A stretch of 64,000 nucleotides of DNA from assembly GCA_947085185.1 (NCBI GenBank), contig CAMTVK010000005.1, positions 32,001-96,000 of the forward strand. The letters run 5' to 3'. Position 1 is the first letter of the stretch, and each line of letters begins with the position of its first letter. This document shows, piece after piece, positions 21,852-31,657 of the stretch. The stretch comes from Candidatus Fraserbacteria bacterium. Its GTDB lineage: Bacteria > Bipolaricaulota > Bipolaricaulia > RBG-16-55-9 > DRXL01. The translations under genes were made by a program, and so were the position numbers. The notes below the pieces were generated by a model that saw nothing but the letters and a program-made list of their open reading frames with translations, made no database searches and was not told the DNA's origin.

Positions 21852-22646
21852 TTAGCTGAGCCGACGCACCGCGGTCCAAAAGTCTGAGCTGATGCCAATG
21901 AGTTTTGTCGGCTGAGCAGACTTACGAATCTGCACGGTTTGGTTCAGGGTGAGCGTGCCCACGGGATCGCCGTCGGCGAGCAACGACGCCGGACGCTTGG
22001 CAACAGCCGTCAAGAGACTATCACTGGGCAGCACAAGCGGGCGCGCACCCAACCGATGCGGCGCCAACGGCACGACTAAAAGACACTCCATCGTCGGCTC
22101 GATGATCGGGCCCCCGGCGGAGAGCGCATACGCTGTCGCTCCCGTTGGTGTAGCAATAAGCACTCCATCGCCGGGGTAGCACCCGATGGCTTCTGCTCCC
22201 AAAAAAAGCTCGATCTCCGTGCGCCGGCTGATCTCGGTATGCACGAGCCCAATCTCATTGAGCGCTGTGCAGGGCGGCGCTTCCACCCCGACAGCTTCGA
22301 TCCTCATGCGCCTCTCAAGAGTAAAGTTATCTGTGAGCACTTGCTCGAGTGCTCTTTCGAGCTCATCTATCCCGACCGATGTCAGAAATCCTAAGCTCCC
22401 CAAGTTGATCCCTATAATGGGCAGATCGAGCTCGGCGGCCGTTTTGGCTCCCTTGAGAAGAGTTCCGTCTCCGCCCAGCGTCACGACCAGATCACAATCT
22501 CTCTCTTCCACAGGACTCTTGTCAATGCCGGATCGTACTGCAATGGAGATGCTTTTCGCAGTCGTCCATTGTCTCAAACGTTCTAACGCAGCGTCGATCT
22601 GGGGCTTGGCGAAGTTCGCTATCACTAAGATCTTTCGCAGCTTCAT
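21852..22646 (-). CDS. nadK: NAD kinase
   Basis: LGGDGTLL, GINLGSLGFL, ALNE, GDGVLIATPTGATAYALSAGGP. Confidence 0.95.
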   Translation of the reverse strand: MKLRKILVIANFAKPQIDAALERLRQWTTAKSISIAVRSGIDKSPVEERDCDLVVTLGGDGTLLKGAKTAAELDLPIIGINLGSLGFLTSVGIDELERALEQVLTDNFTLERRMRIEAVGVEAPPCTALNEIGLVHTEISRRTEIELFLGAEAIGCYPGDGVLIATPTGATAYALSAGGPIIEPTMECLLVVPLAPHRLGARPLVLPSDSLLTAVAKRPASLLADGDPVGTLTLNQTVQIRKSAQPTKLIGISSDFWTAVRRLS

Positions 22647-23416
22647 ACGTACTGCCAGCGGCAGATCCAGCGCTCCAAGAGATCAATAATAATATAGAAC
22701 GCCAACCCCAACATGCCCATGGCTAAGATCCCCGCGAACATATGTTCATAGTTCCAATAGCGCGACCATTGGTCATAGATATAGCGCCAGAGCCCATAGC
22801 GCGACGCGAACGCTTCTGTTAAGGCTAGAGCCATGATGGCCATACCAATGGAGATTCTCAGTGCGGAGAACATGGCGGGGAGGCTCGCCGGCAGGATCAC
22901 GTGCTTATAGACATGCCATGTGCTCGCCCCGGCGCTCACTACCGAGAGCACGTAGCTCTTGGGAATATTTTTAGCTGCGTCTCGGGTGGACAACAGGAGC
23001 TGGAAGACCAGAACGAGCGTGATCAGCCCGATCTTGGGGGCATCGTAGATCCCCAAGAAGACGAAGAGCAACGGCAGAAAGACGACCTTCGGGATAGGAT
23101 ATGTCAAATAGATCGAAGGGCTCAGCAGACGATCTAAGACGCGTTCATGCCCGATGACCAATCCCAAGGGCACAGCGATGACTATCGCCAACAGCAACCC
23201 ACTGAGGACGCGGTAGCCACTGGCGAAGAAGTGCGGGACCAAGCTGTGCCACTCGATGATCAAGATACTGAGCGCTCGTATCGGTGGCGGCACGGCTCCT
23301 TGGAGCGGCTTGCCTGCAAACAACGTCGAGACGCACCAGCTCGCCAGCCACCACACCCCAAAGAAGAGCACGATCCCCAGCACATAGCCCACAAGATAAT
23401 GCTGAAGGCGCTTCAT
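22643..23416 (-). CDS. ABC importer permease (nitrate/sulfonate/taurine family)
   Basis: PIPKVVFLPL, EAA-like loop SAGASTWHVYKHVILPASLP; ATGA overlap with the ATPase gene. Confidence 0.9.
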   Translation of the reverse strand: MKRLQHYLVGYVLGIVLFFGVWWLASWCVSTLFAGKPLQGAVPPPIRALSILIIEWHSLVPHFFASGYRVLSGLLLAIVIAVPLGLVIGHERVLDRLLSPSIYLTYPIPKVVFLPLLFVFLGIYDAPKIGLITLVLVFQLLLSTRDAAKNIPKSYVLSVVSAGASTWHVYKHVILPASLPAMFSALRISIGMAIMALALTEAFASRYGLWRYIYDQWSRYWNYEHMFAGILAMGMLGLAFYIIIDLLERWICRWQYV

Positions 23417-24537
23417 GACAGCTCCCGTCGCAGCTCTAAGACTTTCACATAGAACGCTTCGCTGGTGCGCGATGTCCCCACGCACGGGTTCTCGAGAATC
23501 GCTTTGATGCGCGCCGGGCGCTCCGTGAGCACCACGATTCGAGACCCTAAAAAGACCGCTTCTTGGACGTCATGGGTGACGATAATCTGGGTGAAGCCGC
23601 GCTCTTTCCATAATTGAAAGAGCAGATCTTGGATGCGCTCGCGGTTGAACGCATCGAGCGCTGCTAACGGTTCGTCCATCAATAAGACTTTGGGGTGTGT
23701 GGCAAGGGCTCGTGCCAACGCGACGCGCTGGCGCTCCCCGCCCGAGAGCTGATGGGGATAGCGATCGTAGAATTTGCTGTCAAGCCCAAGCTCGTCAAGG
23801 ATGGGTTTGACACTCTGGACTTGCTGGAGGATCAGAGCGTTGGCCTCGCGGATCTGTCGCGGCATGGTGAAGAGATCATAGACGAGTCGGCTGATCAGTT
23901 CTGCAGTCAGCATAAGCACGATGACAAATAAGGCAACCTGGGGCCAGCCCCCGCCCCACAGCACCTCGCTCCAGGTGGCCTCCGCATTGACCGTGATGAT
24001 CTTGTGAACTTCGCTCCAGTAGAAGCCCCCCGCGATGAGATCCAACCCCAACGCCACAAGATAGACGGCAGCTGAAAAAGGGCGATCGAGGTAGAAGCGC
24101 TGACCCGCAGCCCACGCCCCCGTTACCAGTAGCCAAAAATATGCCCAAAAGAGCGATTTCTTGCGACGGCGCCACTCTTGCTTCAGCGACTCATCTTCAG
24201 GGAGCTCCAGCGCATCTCGCGGAGGCGGACCCCCAAGCTCAAGCAAGAGACTCGCATTCTTCCAGACGGTCTTCCACGGCAAGAGCCCCAAATCTTGAAA
24301 GATGAGCGCGACGTCGCGGCGCGGCCGCTCCACCAGTTGACCGTCTACGATCACGCGGCCTGCGCTCGGTTTCACCAGCCCACAGATCGCATAGAGCAAA
24401 CTGGTCTTGCCGCACCCTGACGGCCCCAGGATCGCGACGCTCTCCCCAGCTCTGATAGAGAGATGCAGATCGTCCACAACTGGGACAACACGGTGGCCAT
24501 CGCGATACTCTAACCGCAGCCCATCGATGCGGATCAT
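23413..24537 (-). CDS. ABC importer ATPase with inserted TM2-like membrane domain
   Basis: GPSGCGKT, FQDLGLLPW, LSGGERQR, LLMDEP, VTHD; ~138-aa hydrophobic insert between Q-loop and signature. Confidence 0.9.
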   Translation of the reverse strand: MIRIDGLRLEYRDGHRVVPVVDDLHLSIRAGESVAILGPSGCGKTSLLYAICGLVKPSAGRVIVDGQLVERPRRDVALIFQDLGLLPWKTVWKNASLLLELGGPPPRDALELPEDESLKQEWRRRKKSLFWAYFWLLVTGAWAAGQRFYLDRPFSAAVYLVALGLDLIAGGFYWSEVHKIITVNAEATWSEVLWGGGWPQVALFVIVLMLTAELISRLVYDLFTMPRQIREANALILQQVQSVKPILDELGLDSKFYDRYPHQLSGGERQRVALARALATHPKVLLMDEPLAALDAFNRERIQDLLFQLWKERGFTQIIVTHDVQEAVFLGSRIVVLTERPARIKAILENPCVGTSRTSEAFYVKVLELRRELS

Positions 24538-25608
24538 CTATCCGAGAAAGCGAAAGTCGGTCACCGCAGCGAACACGAGCTTTTCGCGAATGTAGCGCTT
24601 CTCCAGAGCCCAAGTGACATGGGCGTCGAACTCGTCGGCGCGGAGGGCTCGCGGCTGTGGGAAGTACGGCACACGCAGACGATCACGCCAGCCCTCAGGG
24701 AATTTGAGCTCTTGCCCGCGCAGCTCCGGGAAGCAGATGTTGACCCCGGCGCGAATGATCGTGTCAATGATAAAATCGCGCGAGCTGGCGTTGAGCGTGT
24801 TGACGGATTCTTTGAGGGCTTGGAAGAACTTGCGCACGCGCTCGCCGCGCTCTTGGAGCAGCTGACGCGAGAAGAGCACCACGCTCGGCGGGATGCGCAC
24901 CCCCTTATAATCCGAGAGCGTGATGATCTCGACGTTGTTTGCTTGGGCAACGACTTCAGTGAGCGTCGCGTGGGGTTCAGGCAAGATCGCCACTTGGACG
25001 CTGACTGTGCCCGCGCCGAGCATCTGTGCGATCAGCTGAATCTTGTCAAAGTCCTCTACGCCCGTGTAGTACTGATCGATATCGCGCGGTCTGACGCCCT
25101 TGGACTGCAAGAGCACATCCGTGAGATATTCCATATCGGAGGGTTGCACCAGCGTGATCTGGCGCTTCGGGCCGCTCTTGATGACGTCTTCTACAGAGCG
25201 ATAGCCGCTGAATTTGTGGGTGAGCATCGCCACGGTGCGCACGATTTGATTGCCGGTACGCGGGTCTGGGGTGGGCTCAAAGACCGTTCCGCTGATGGCT
25301 GCTGGGGCCTGGCGGCCCAGCAAGAGCACCGCGCTTGTTAAGTCTACCGCAAGCCCATCGAGCTGTCCTCCCAGAAATGCTGTATTGCGTTCGAGGGCGT
25401 TGCCGCCGCAGACCAGCTCTATAGTGACCCCGTGTTTGTTAAAAATCCCTTGCTCGAAGGCAAAAGCCAGTGGGACCGCGTCCTGGGCGGGCATCATGCT
25501 GAAACGGATGGGCTTGGTTTGCTGCGCCGGTGCCTTGCCTATGAAGAGACCAGCAAGTGCCATCCCGCTCGACACGAGAAAAGCTCTACGGCTCATCGGT
25601 CTTTTCAT
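24538..25608 (-). CDS. ABC substrate-binding protein (SsuA/THI5-like), Tat-exported
   Basis: SRRAFL twin-arginine signal; AFEQGIFNKHGVTIEL, GQLDG; first gene of ABC operon. Confidence 0.8.
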   Translation of the reverse strand: MKRPMSRRAFLVSSGMALAGLFIGKAPAQQTKPIRFSMMPAQDAVPLAFAFEQGIFNKHGVTIELVCGGNALERNTAFLGGQLDGLAVDLTSAVLLLGRQAPAAISGTVFEPTPDPRTGNQIVRTVAMLTHKFSGYRSVEDVIKSGPKRQITLVQPSDMEYLTDVLLQSKGVRPRDIDQYYTGVEDFDKIQLIAQMLGAGTVSVQVAILPEPHATLTEVVAQANNVEIITLSDYKGVRIPPSVVLFSRQLLQERGERVRKFFQALKESVNTLNASSRDFIIDTIIRAGVNICFPELRGQELKFPEGWRDRLRVPYFPQPRALRADEFDAHVTWALEKRYIREKLVFAAVTDFRFLG

Positions 25609-25680
25609 AACTCTTTCTCCACCCTCTTGAAAGCTTGGCTCGAATAATTTCAGTGTACCCCCTGGACTTGGAACTTTCAA

Positions 25681-27642
25681 CTAGCGCCCCTGAAATTGGG
25701 GTTTCTTCTTGCTCAAGAACGCATTGACCCCTTCGAGCATGTCGTCGGTAGTGAAGAGCACCCCAAACGCCTCGCGCTCCAACAGCAGGGCTGCTTCGAG
25801 GGAGCAGTCCGCTCCAGCGTTGATGATCTGTTTGATGAAGCGCACGGCGATGGGCGCACGAGACGCTAATTTTTCAGCGAACGCTGCGACTTGTTGCTCA
25901 AAAGTCTCGTTGTCGTAGACGTGATCGATCAAGCCCCACTGAGCGGCTTGCTCCGCGCTGATGCGCTCCCCGAGCATACAGAGCTCCTTGGCGCGCGAAG
26001 GGCCCAGTATACGAAGCAGGCGCTGGGTGCCCCCCCCACCGGGGATCAACCCCAACTGAATCTCAGGTTGGCCGACTTCGCTGCGCTTGCTCGCCAGGCG
26101 AAAATCGCACGCTAACGCAAGCTCTAAGCCTCCGCCCAGCGCAAACCCGTCTATCGCAGCGATGACCGGTTTTGGGCAGAGTTCGGGTGCCCTGAAGAAT
26201 TCCCCCAGCTCTACAAATTGATAGGGCTTCCCTTGGGTGAACTCTGCAATATCCGCGCCGGCGCTGAACGCTTTGCCGCCCTCCCCCTTAAGCACGATCA
26301 CCCGCACGTCAGGATGATCGCGAAGCTCCATGAAGACTTGAGGCAGCTCCTTGCGCATCTCAGCGTTGATCGCGTTCAGCTTCTCGGGACGATTGAGCGT
26401 CACATACGCCACGTAAGTCTTCTTGTCAATCTCGACCTTGAGAGTCTTATACTCTTTGCGCTCTTTCTTGTACTGATAGAATCCTTCGCCTGCAGCCTCG
26501 CCGGTCTTGCCAGACTGGACCATCTGTTTGAGGAGATTGTTGACCTGGTAGCGTGGGTCTTTGTGGTGCGCGTAGAGGCGCTCGAGCTCGTTGACGAGCT
26601 TGTCTAAGCCGATTCTATCAGCGCGGCGCAGCAGCCCTTCGGGGAAGTTCAGTCCCAACTGACATGCTACGTCTATCTGCTCGGCCGTAGAGACACGGTT
26701 TTCAATCAACCATGCGGCTTCGTTGACCATGAGCGCATAGAGCGGCAGGGGGTTGAACTTGGCCCCCGCCTCACGGGAGTAAGTGGCGCCGCCATCGGCG
26801 TAATTGTAAAACCCGCGCCCGGTTTTGCGGCCCAGACGCCCCTCTTTCACTGCTTGTTCGATCACCGGAGGGATGGGCAGCCCAGCCTCTTTCATCAGAT
26901 TATAGCCGACGTCAATGCCCGTCAGGTCTTGCAGCTCGAACGGGCCCATGGGGAAGTTCTCGTAGAATTTCATCCGGCTGTCAATTTCTTCGATGGTTGC
27001 TTCGCCGCGCGAGACGAGCCAGCCCGCCTCGAAGAGATAGGGGCCAACCAACACTCTATTGACGATAAACCCGCGCACGTCCTTCTCGACGCGAATCGGG
27101 GTCTTGCCTAATCTCTTGGCCAGTTCAACGATGAGCTCCATCGTCTCTTCGGAGGTCTTCTCCCCCTTGATCACCTCGACGAGGGCCATGCGCACGACCG
27201 GGTTGAAGAAGTGCATGCCCACGACTTTATCTGGTCGCTTGGTCGCCCGGCCCAACTCGGAGATGCTCAACGAACTCGTGTTGCTGGCAAGAATAGTATG
27301 AGATGGCGAGAGCGTGTCTATCTCTCTGAAGATCGCGAGCTTTAAGCTCATGATCTCCGGGACAGCCTCAATGACGATATCTGCGTCAGAGACAGCTTCT
27401 TTCAAGTCTACAAGAGGGGTGATCAACTTGAGGGCTGCGTCGGCTTTTTGTGGGGAGATGGTGCCCTTTTCTGCGAGCTTTTTGAGGCTCCAGCTGATCT
27501 GATCGTAGCCCTTTCTCACGAGCTCTTCGCTGATGTCGCGCATCTTGACGGTATAGCCCGCCAGGGCGGCGACTTCAGCGATGCCGTGCCCCATCGTGCT
27601 TGCGCCGAGCACCGCAATAGTCTTCACATCCGTGATCTTCAT
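25681..27642 (-). CDS. 3-hydroxyacyl-CoA dehydrogenase / enoyl-CoA hydratase fusion
   Basis: IEAVPE, ASNTSSL, GMHFFNP then crotonase motifs FSAGADI, GGGLELALACD, PEIQLGLIPGGGGTQRL. Confidence 0.95.
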   Translation of the reverse strand: MKITDVKTIAVLGASTMGHGIAEVAALAGYTVKMRDISEELVRKGYDQISWSLKKLAEKGTISPQKADAALKLITPLVDLKEAVSDADIVIEAVPEIMSLKLAIFREIDTLSPSHTILASNTSSLSISELGRATKRPDKVVGMHFFNPVVRMALVEVIKGEKTSEETMELIVELAKRLGKTPIRVEKDVRGFIVNRVLVGPYLFEAGWLVSRGEATIEEIDSRMKFYENFPMGPFELQDLTGIDVGYNLMKEAGLPIPPVIEQAVKEGRLGRKTGRGFYNYADGGATYSREAGAKFNPLPLYALMVNEAAWLIENRVSTAEQIDVACQLGLNFPEGLLRRADRIGLDKLVNELERLYAHHKDPRYQVNNLLKQMVQSGKTGEAAGEGFYQYKKERKEYKTLKVEIDKKTYVAYVTLNRPEKLNAINAEMRKELPQVFMELRDHPDVRVIVLKGEGGKAFSAGADIAEFTQGKPYQFVELGEFFRAPELCPKPVIAAIDGFALGGGLELALACDFRLASKRSEVGQPEIQLGLIPGGGGTQRLLRILGPSRAKELCMLGERISAEQAAQWGLIDHVYDNETFEQQVAAFAEKLASRAPIAVRFIKQIINAGADCSLEAALLLEREAFGVLFTTDDMLEGVNAFLSKKKPQFQGR

Positions 27643-27702
27643 AGCCCCAATCACCTCAGTTATGATAACGCACAGGTGGGGCAAGGTGCAAAACGCTGAG
27701 CC

Positions 27703-28266
27703 TCAGAAGCGTCGCTCCAAGAGCGTGAGCTTATATGTCAGCGCAAGCTCTTGGGGGATCGTCGCGCCGATGTTGTAGCCGAGCGTCGCTCCCAAGGCGG
27801 CCATCGTCACCGGGTTGACCACGAGCGAAAGATCTGTCGGCTCGATCACCCAATTGCCTGCGACCGCGGCTCCAAAGAGAGTCCCCACGATGCTTCCCGC
27901 AAAAGCGAGCAGCAGATTGCCCTGCACCCCTACGATCGCCCCTGCTAATGAGACTCCAAGAAACGTCGCCCCTGGAGGGATACCCAAATGAGGTCCAACG
28001 ATGAGAGAGATGAGCGAGGTTCCCAGCTGGCAGGCGCGTCGCTCTGGCTGGATCGGCGGGCACGGTTGCACTATCGAGAGCGTCCAATACGTGACGTAGA
28101 AGCCGAGCCCGGCCCCCACAAGAGCCCCCTGTACCCCAAAGAGAAATTCAAGAAAGATATAATCCGTCGGCTGCACCGGGCGCTCGGCGCGAGCCTCTGC
28201 TGAGATCGAAAACAGAGTGAGCGCAATCACAAGGACGCACGCGAGCGCTTTTTTAGAAGAGATCAT
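27703..28266 (-). CDS. Hypothetical membrane protein
   Basis: Signal peptide and Gly-rich hydrophobic helices; overlaps upstream gene. Confidence 0.6.
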   Translation of the reverse strand: MISSKKALACVLVIALTLFSISAEARAERPVQPTDYIFLEFLFGVQGALVGAGLGFYVTYWTLSIVQPCPPIQPERRACQLGTSLISLIVGPHLGIPPGATFLGVSLAGAIVGVQGNLLLAFAGSIVGTLFGAAVAGNWVIEPTDLSLVVNPVTMAALGATLGYNIGATIPQELALTYKLTLLERRF

Positions 28267-29374
28267 AGTTTGCTGTGATCGTCAAGCCCTGGGTCCATTC
28301 TTCAAAGTCGCTAGCGCGGGTAAATTCTAATTGTACAGCGAGGTTGAGATTGGCTTGCACTTGGAACGTCAGGAGCAGCTCGATATTTTGAATATCTAAG
28401 GAACTACGGTTTTTGATCTGGGTGCGCACGAAGTTATAAGACGCTTGAGCGTCGATGCTCTCGCTGATCCGGAACGAGTAGTTCGCCTGGGCGAGCAGCA
28501 CGTAGTCTGCTAACAGATCCAGCGACGAGCTGAAGCGCAAGCTGCTGCGAAACTGCGAGCGCGGCGCTGGGGCAAGCGCGTACTCAAACGACGTGAGCGT
28601 CAGCCAGTCGCGCGGTCCTCCTTGTGGGTCAAGTAATTCATAGCCCATTCCCAGGCGCAGCTCCCAGCCGCACAGCTTCTCGTCGGCTGTTTCGTTGAGA
28701 ATCTCTTCGATGCGCAGAAGTGCGATGGCCCCGAGTTGTCCCTGGGGGACAAACCCGCTCGACTCGATGATCTCCTCCAAGCGTTGTACTAGACTAGCAA
28801 GATCAAGAAATTCGAGACGGCGCCCGATAGTATCCGCGAGCTCAAAGAGCACAGCTGGGGGCAAGGGCGCGGAGAGCGCCTTCAGCGATACTAAGCGCTC
28901 TTGGATCTTGAGGGCTTTGGAGAGCGCCGTGACGTCTTTGAAGCGCCCGTACCCTAAGCCCGCGAGCGCGCGCACCCCAGGGCTGATGAGCGTCGTGGAC
29001 CCTTGGGCTTCTGCGCCGATGAACCCGAAGAAGTTCGTCTGCCCAAGATACGCCCGCAGGTTCATGGCGCCGTCGGCCTGATAGCTGAGCGTGTCTTTGG
29101 TTAAGTCGAGTTTGAGATGGGCTTGCTGAGAGAGCCCAAACGCGGGTGCATCGAGCAGGCGCGCAAAAGACGCCCTCAAGCTCCCGGAATTCACGTTCTC
29201 ACGATCGTCTTTGAACTGATCGTTATAATAGCGATAGTGCGCAGAAAGCTTGAGATCGCGGAACTCACTGCGTGGCGGCGTATACCCGCATAAGGGGCCC
29301 ACACGAGGTTGTCCAACGGCAGACCCGTTGCTGAAGAGAACAAAGACCGTCAGAACCCATACGAATTTTTTCAT
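28253..29374 (-). CDS. Putative outer-membrane beta-barrel-like protein
   Basis: Signal peptide, amphipathic strands, C-terminal GLTITANYDLF (beta-signal-like). Confidence 0.55.
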   Translation of the reverse strand: MKKFVWVLTVFVLFSNGSAVGQPRVGPLCGYTPPRSEFRDLKLSAHYRYYNDQFKDDRENVNSGSLRASFARLLDAPAFGLSQQAHLKLDLTKDTLSYQADGAMNLRAYLGQTNFFGFIGAEAQGSTTLISPGVRALAGLGYGRFKDVTALSKALKIQERLVSLKALSAPLPPAVLFELADTIGRRLEFLDLASLVQRLEEIIESSGFVPQGQLGAIALLRIEEILNETADEKLCGWELRLGMGYELLDPQGGPRDWLTLTSFEYALAPAPRSQFRSSLRFSSSLDLLADYVLLAQANYSFRISESIDAQASYNFVRTQIKNRSSLDIQNIELLLTFQVQANLNLAVQLEFTRASDFEEWTQGLTITANYDLF

Positions 29375-29454
29375 AAAAGCATTGTACTCTGTCGGGTGCG
29401 GGGAATGTCAAGTTTCTGGACAGGAAGCTTTTCGTTTGGTAAATTGAGCACAGC

Positions 29455-30321
29455 ATGCGCGCACGATTCTTTATCGTTGGCGTGGTGGTCTCTGTGTGTG
29501 GTGGAGGTGTGTTGGGCTGGCTGTGGTGGGCGTGGCAGTCAGGGGCGCCCCCGCAAGCACCATCTCTGCCGCCGGTGCCTTCTGTATCTGATACTCCTAC
29601 TCCGCCACCCCTACCTGCACCGTCGGATGAGCCCCAAAAGATTGTCAACAGAGTCATTGACAGCGGGACGCTCTTCATTGAGGCCCGCGGGCAGCGCCTC
29701 GGCACAGAAGAATATAGTATCTCCTACAACGAACGCGGAGAGATCGTGCTGCGTTCCAGGGGAACGCTTACGGTGAAGATCGCGCTCCTGAGCGCTCAAG
29801 CTACGTTCATTCAGGCAATGACATGGACAGCTCAGCGTCGCCCGATCAGCTATGAGCTGGCACTCCATGGTCCCCTTGGGATCGGCAACCGCAGTGTGAG
29901 CGCGCGCTTTGGCTCAACGACGGGTATAGTCAGCGATGGCGAACGCCAAACCGAGATCGCCCTCCCGAAAGAGCCGTTCTTGCTAGTGGGAATGTTCAGT
30001 TCGTATGCGATCCTGCCCCTGTGGGCTCAGCCGGACACTGCTCAGAAACTCAAAGTGATCGATCTTCGCGGGGAGCGTCGCGCTCGAGAGAATTGGGTAT
30101 CTCTTGAGCATATCGGTCTTGTCCAACTGAGCGAGGGGGGTTTTGCTCTCAGGGCGCACGAATATCTGCTCAAGGGCGAGCAGGGGACGCTGAAGCTCTA
30201 CGTTGATGGTGAGCGTCTCTTGGCATTGCAGGCCGACACAGCCGAGCGCGACCGAAGCTTTCGCATCTCTCGTAGTGATCTCTTCCCCAAAGGGTTTGAC
30301 GTGCTTCCCCATCAAAACTAG
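29455..30321 (+). CDS. Hypothetical membrane-anchored protein
   Basis: N-terminal TM, Pro-rich linker, beta-rich domain. Confidence 0.6.
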   Translation: MRARFFIVGVVVSVCGGGVLGWLWWAWQSGAPPQAPSLPPVPSVSDTPTPPPLPAPSDEPQKIVNRVIDSGTLFIEARGQRLGTEEYSISYNERGEIVLRSRGTLTVKIALLSAQATFIQAMTWTAQRRPISYELALHGPLGIGNRSVSARFGSTTGIVSDGERQTEIALPKEPFLLVGMFSSYAILPLWAQPDTAQKLKVIDLRGERRARENWVSLEHIGLVQLSEGGFALRAHEYLLKGEQGTLKLYVDGERLLALQADTAERDRSFRISRSDLFPKGFDVLPHQN

Positions 30322-30406
30322 CTTCGCGTTTCTCTTGGGACAGCTGTTCTTGCCCTCAGGAGATCACGCGTGGTATAGATAGAGCTGTGAAGGGAGGAGG
30401 TCACAC

Positions 30407-31657
30407 GTGAAGGGCCTGGTTCGTGTGGTGTGGCTGAGCGCCGCACTTGGTGTTGGGGCTTTTCTGGCGTATGCACAGTTGCAGGGCGGTGGCGGCAGCC
30501 CGCTGTCACCGGAGGTTGTAGGAGTCGATCTGCGGCCGACGATCCCGGCCGACGGCAGCAAGACGTTCGGTGCGGTGCGCTTTCGCGATGCCGACGGTGA
30601 TATCGTGCAAGCCCGCTTTGACGTTGTCGAAGCCGTAGATTTTGCGCCGTTCAGCTTCAATCCCAAAGTGAAGGGCCAGACGAGCGGGAGCTTTCCGTTC
30701 TTTGTCTTCTCGAAGATCCCCCAAAAAGTCCGATTGCGCCTCACCCTGATAGACGAAGCGGGCAATCAGAGCCTTCCTGTGGAGTTTCGGTTTGAGGCGA
30801 TCATGCTCATTGAGCTCTTGGGGAAGTGGGGGACGCGTGGAACGGGAGAAGCTCAATTCAACGGGATCTCTCATATCGCTCTCGACGATCGCAAGCGTGT
30901 CTATGTCACGGATTTCGGTTTAGATCGAGTGCAGAAGTTCACAAGTGATGGGCAGTTACTCGTGCAGTGGGGTGGACGCGGCAGCGGCAACGGCCAGCTC
31001 ACCGGGCCGTTGGGCATCGCTGTTGATTATCAAGGCGCCGTCTACGTTGCTGATGCGGGCAATCAGCGTATTCAGAAATTCACCGAGAGCGGGGCTTTCT
31101 TGACCAAGTGGGGCAGTCTTGGGACGGGCGAAGGGCAGTTCAGCTTTCCCACAGGGGTGGCGACTGATTCTCTGGGCAACGTCTACGTCGCCGATAAAGT
31201 CAACAACAGAATTCAAAAGTTCAGCCCGACGGGCGTGCTCATCGCGCGATGGGGGGCTTTTGGCCAAGCCGAGTCTCAGTTCAACTCCCCCAATGACATT
31301 GCCGTGAGCACTCAGGGGATCGTCTATGTGCTTGATACCGGCAACGGCAGAGTCCAAAAATTTATGCTCGATGGGTCTTATCTTGGGCAATGGGGGTCTC
31401 GTGGGGATCGCGACGGGCAGTTCCAGGCACCCTTGGGGATCGCTGTAGACAATCACGGCTTTGTCTATGTCGCCGACACGGGCAACGACCGAATCCAGAA
31501 ATTTTCGAGCGACGGGGCTTTCATGGTGAAGTGGGGGAGCTTAGGGGCCGGTGACGGCCAGTTCGATCAACCTGTCGATTTAGCCGTTGACCCCGAAGGG
31601 GTTATCTATATTGCCGAGCTAGGGAACCATCGGATTCAGAAGATCAAGTTCAAGTAG
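30407..31657 (+). CDS. Secreted NHL-repeat (6-bladed beta-propeller) protein
   Basis: Six repeats of WG..G.G.GQF..P.GIAVD..G.VYVAD.GN.RIQKF. Confidence 0.93.
   Translation: MKGLVRVVWLSAALGVGAFLAYAQLQGGGGSPLSPEVVGVDLRPTIPADGSKTFGAVRFRDADGDIVQARFDVVEAVDFAPFSFNPKVKGQTSGSFPFFVFSKIPQKVRLRLTLIDEAGNQSLPVEFRFEAIMLIELLGKWGTRGTGEAQFNGISHIALDDRKRVYVTDFGLDRVQKFTSDGQLLVQWGGRGSGNGQLTGPLGIAVDYQGAVYVADAGNQRIQKFTESGAFLTKWGSLGTGEGQFSFPTGVATDSLGNVYVADKVNNRIQKFSPTGVLIARWGAFGQAESQFNSPNDIAVSTQGIVYVLDTGNGRVQKFMLDGSYLGQWGSRGDRDGQFQAPLGIAVDNHGFVYVADTGNDRIQKFSSDGAFMVKWGSLGAGDGQFDQPVDLAVDPEGVIYIAELGNHRIQKIKFK

Noticed and set aside
24619..25341. Long antisense ORFs (also 15524-16171, 21057-21728) and alternate-frame ORF 41247-41888
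   Set aside because: Shadow frames of well-supported genes with no motifs or start signals.
30820..31650. Regular ~141-bp periodicity resembling an array
   Set aside because: Protein-level NHL repeats, not CRISPR; no identical repeats with unique spacers.
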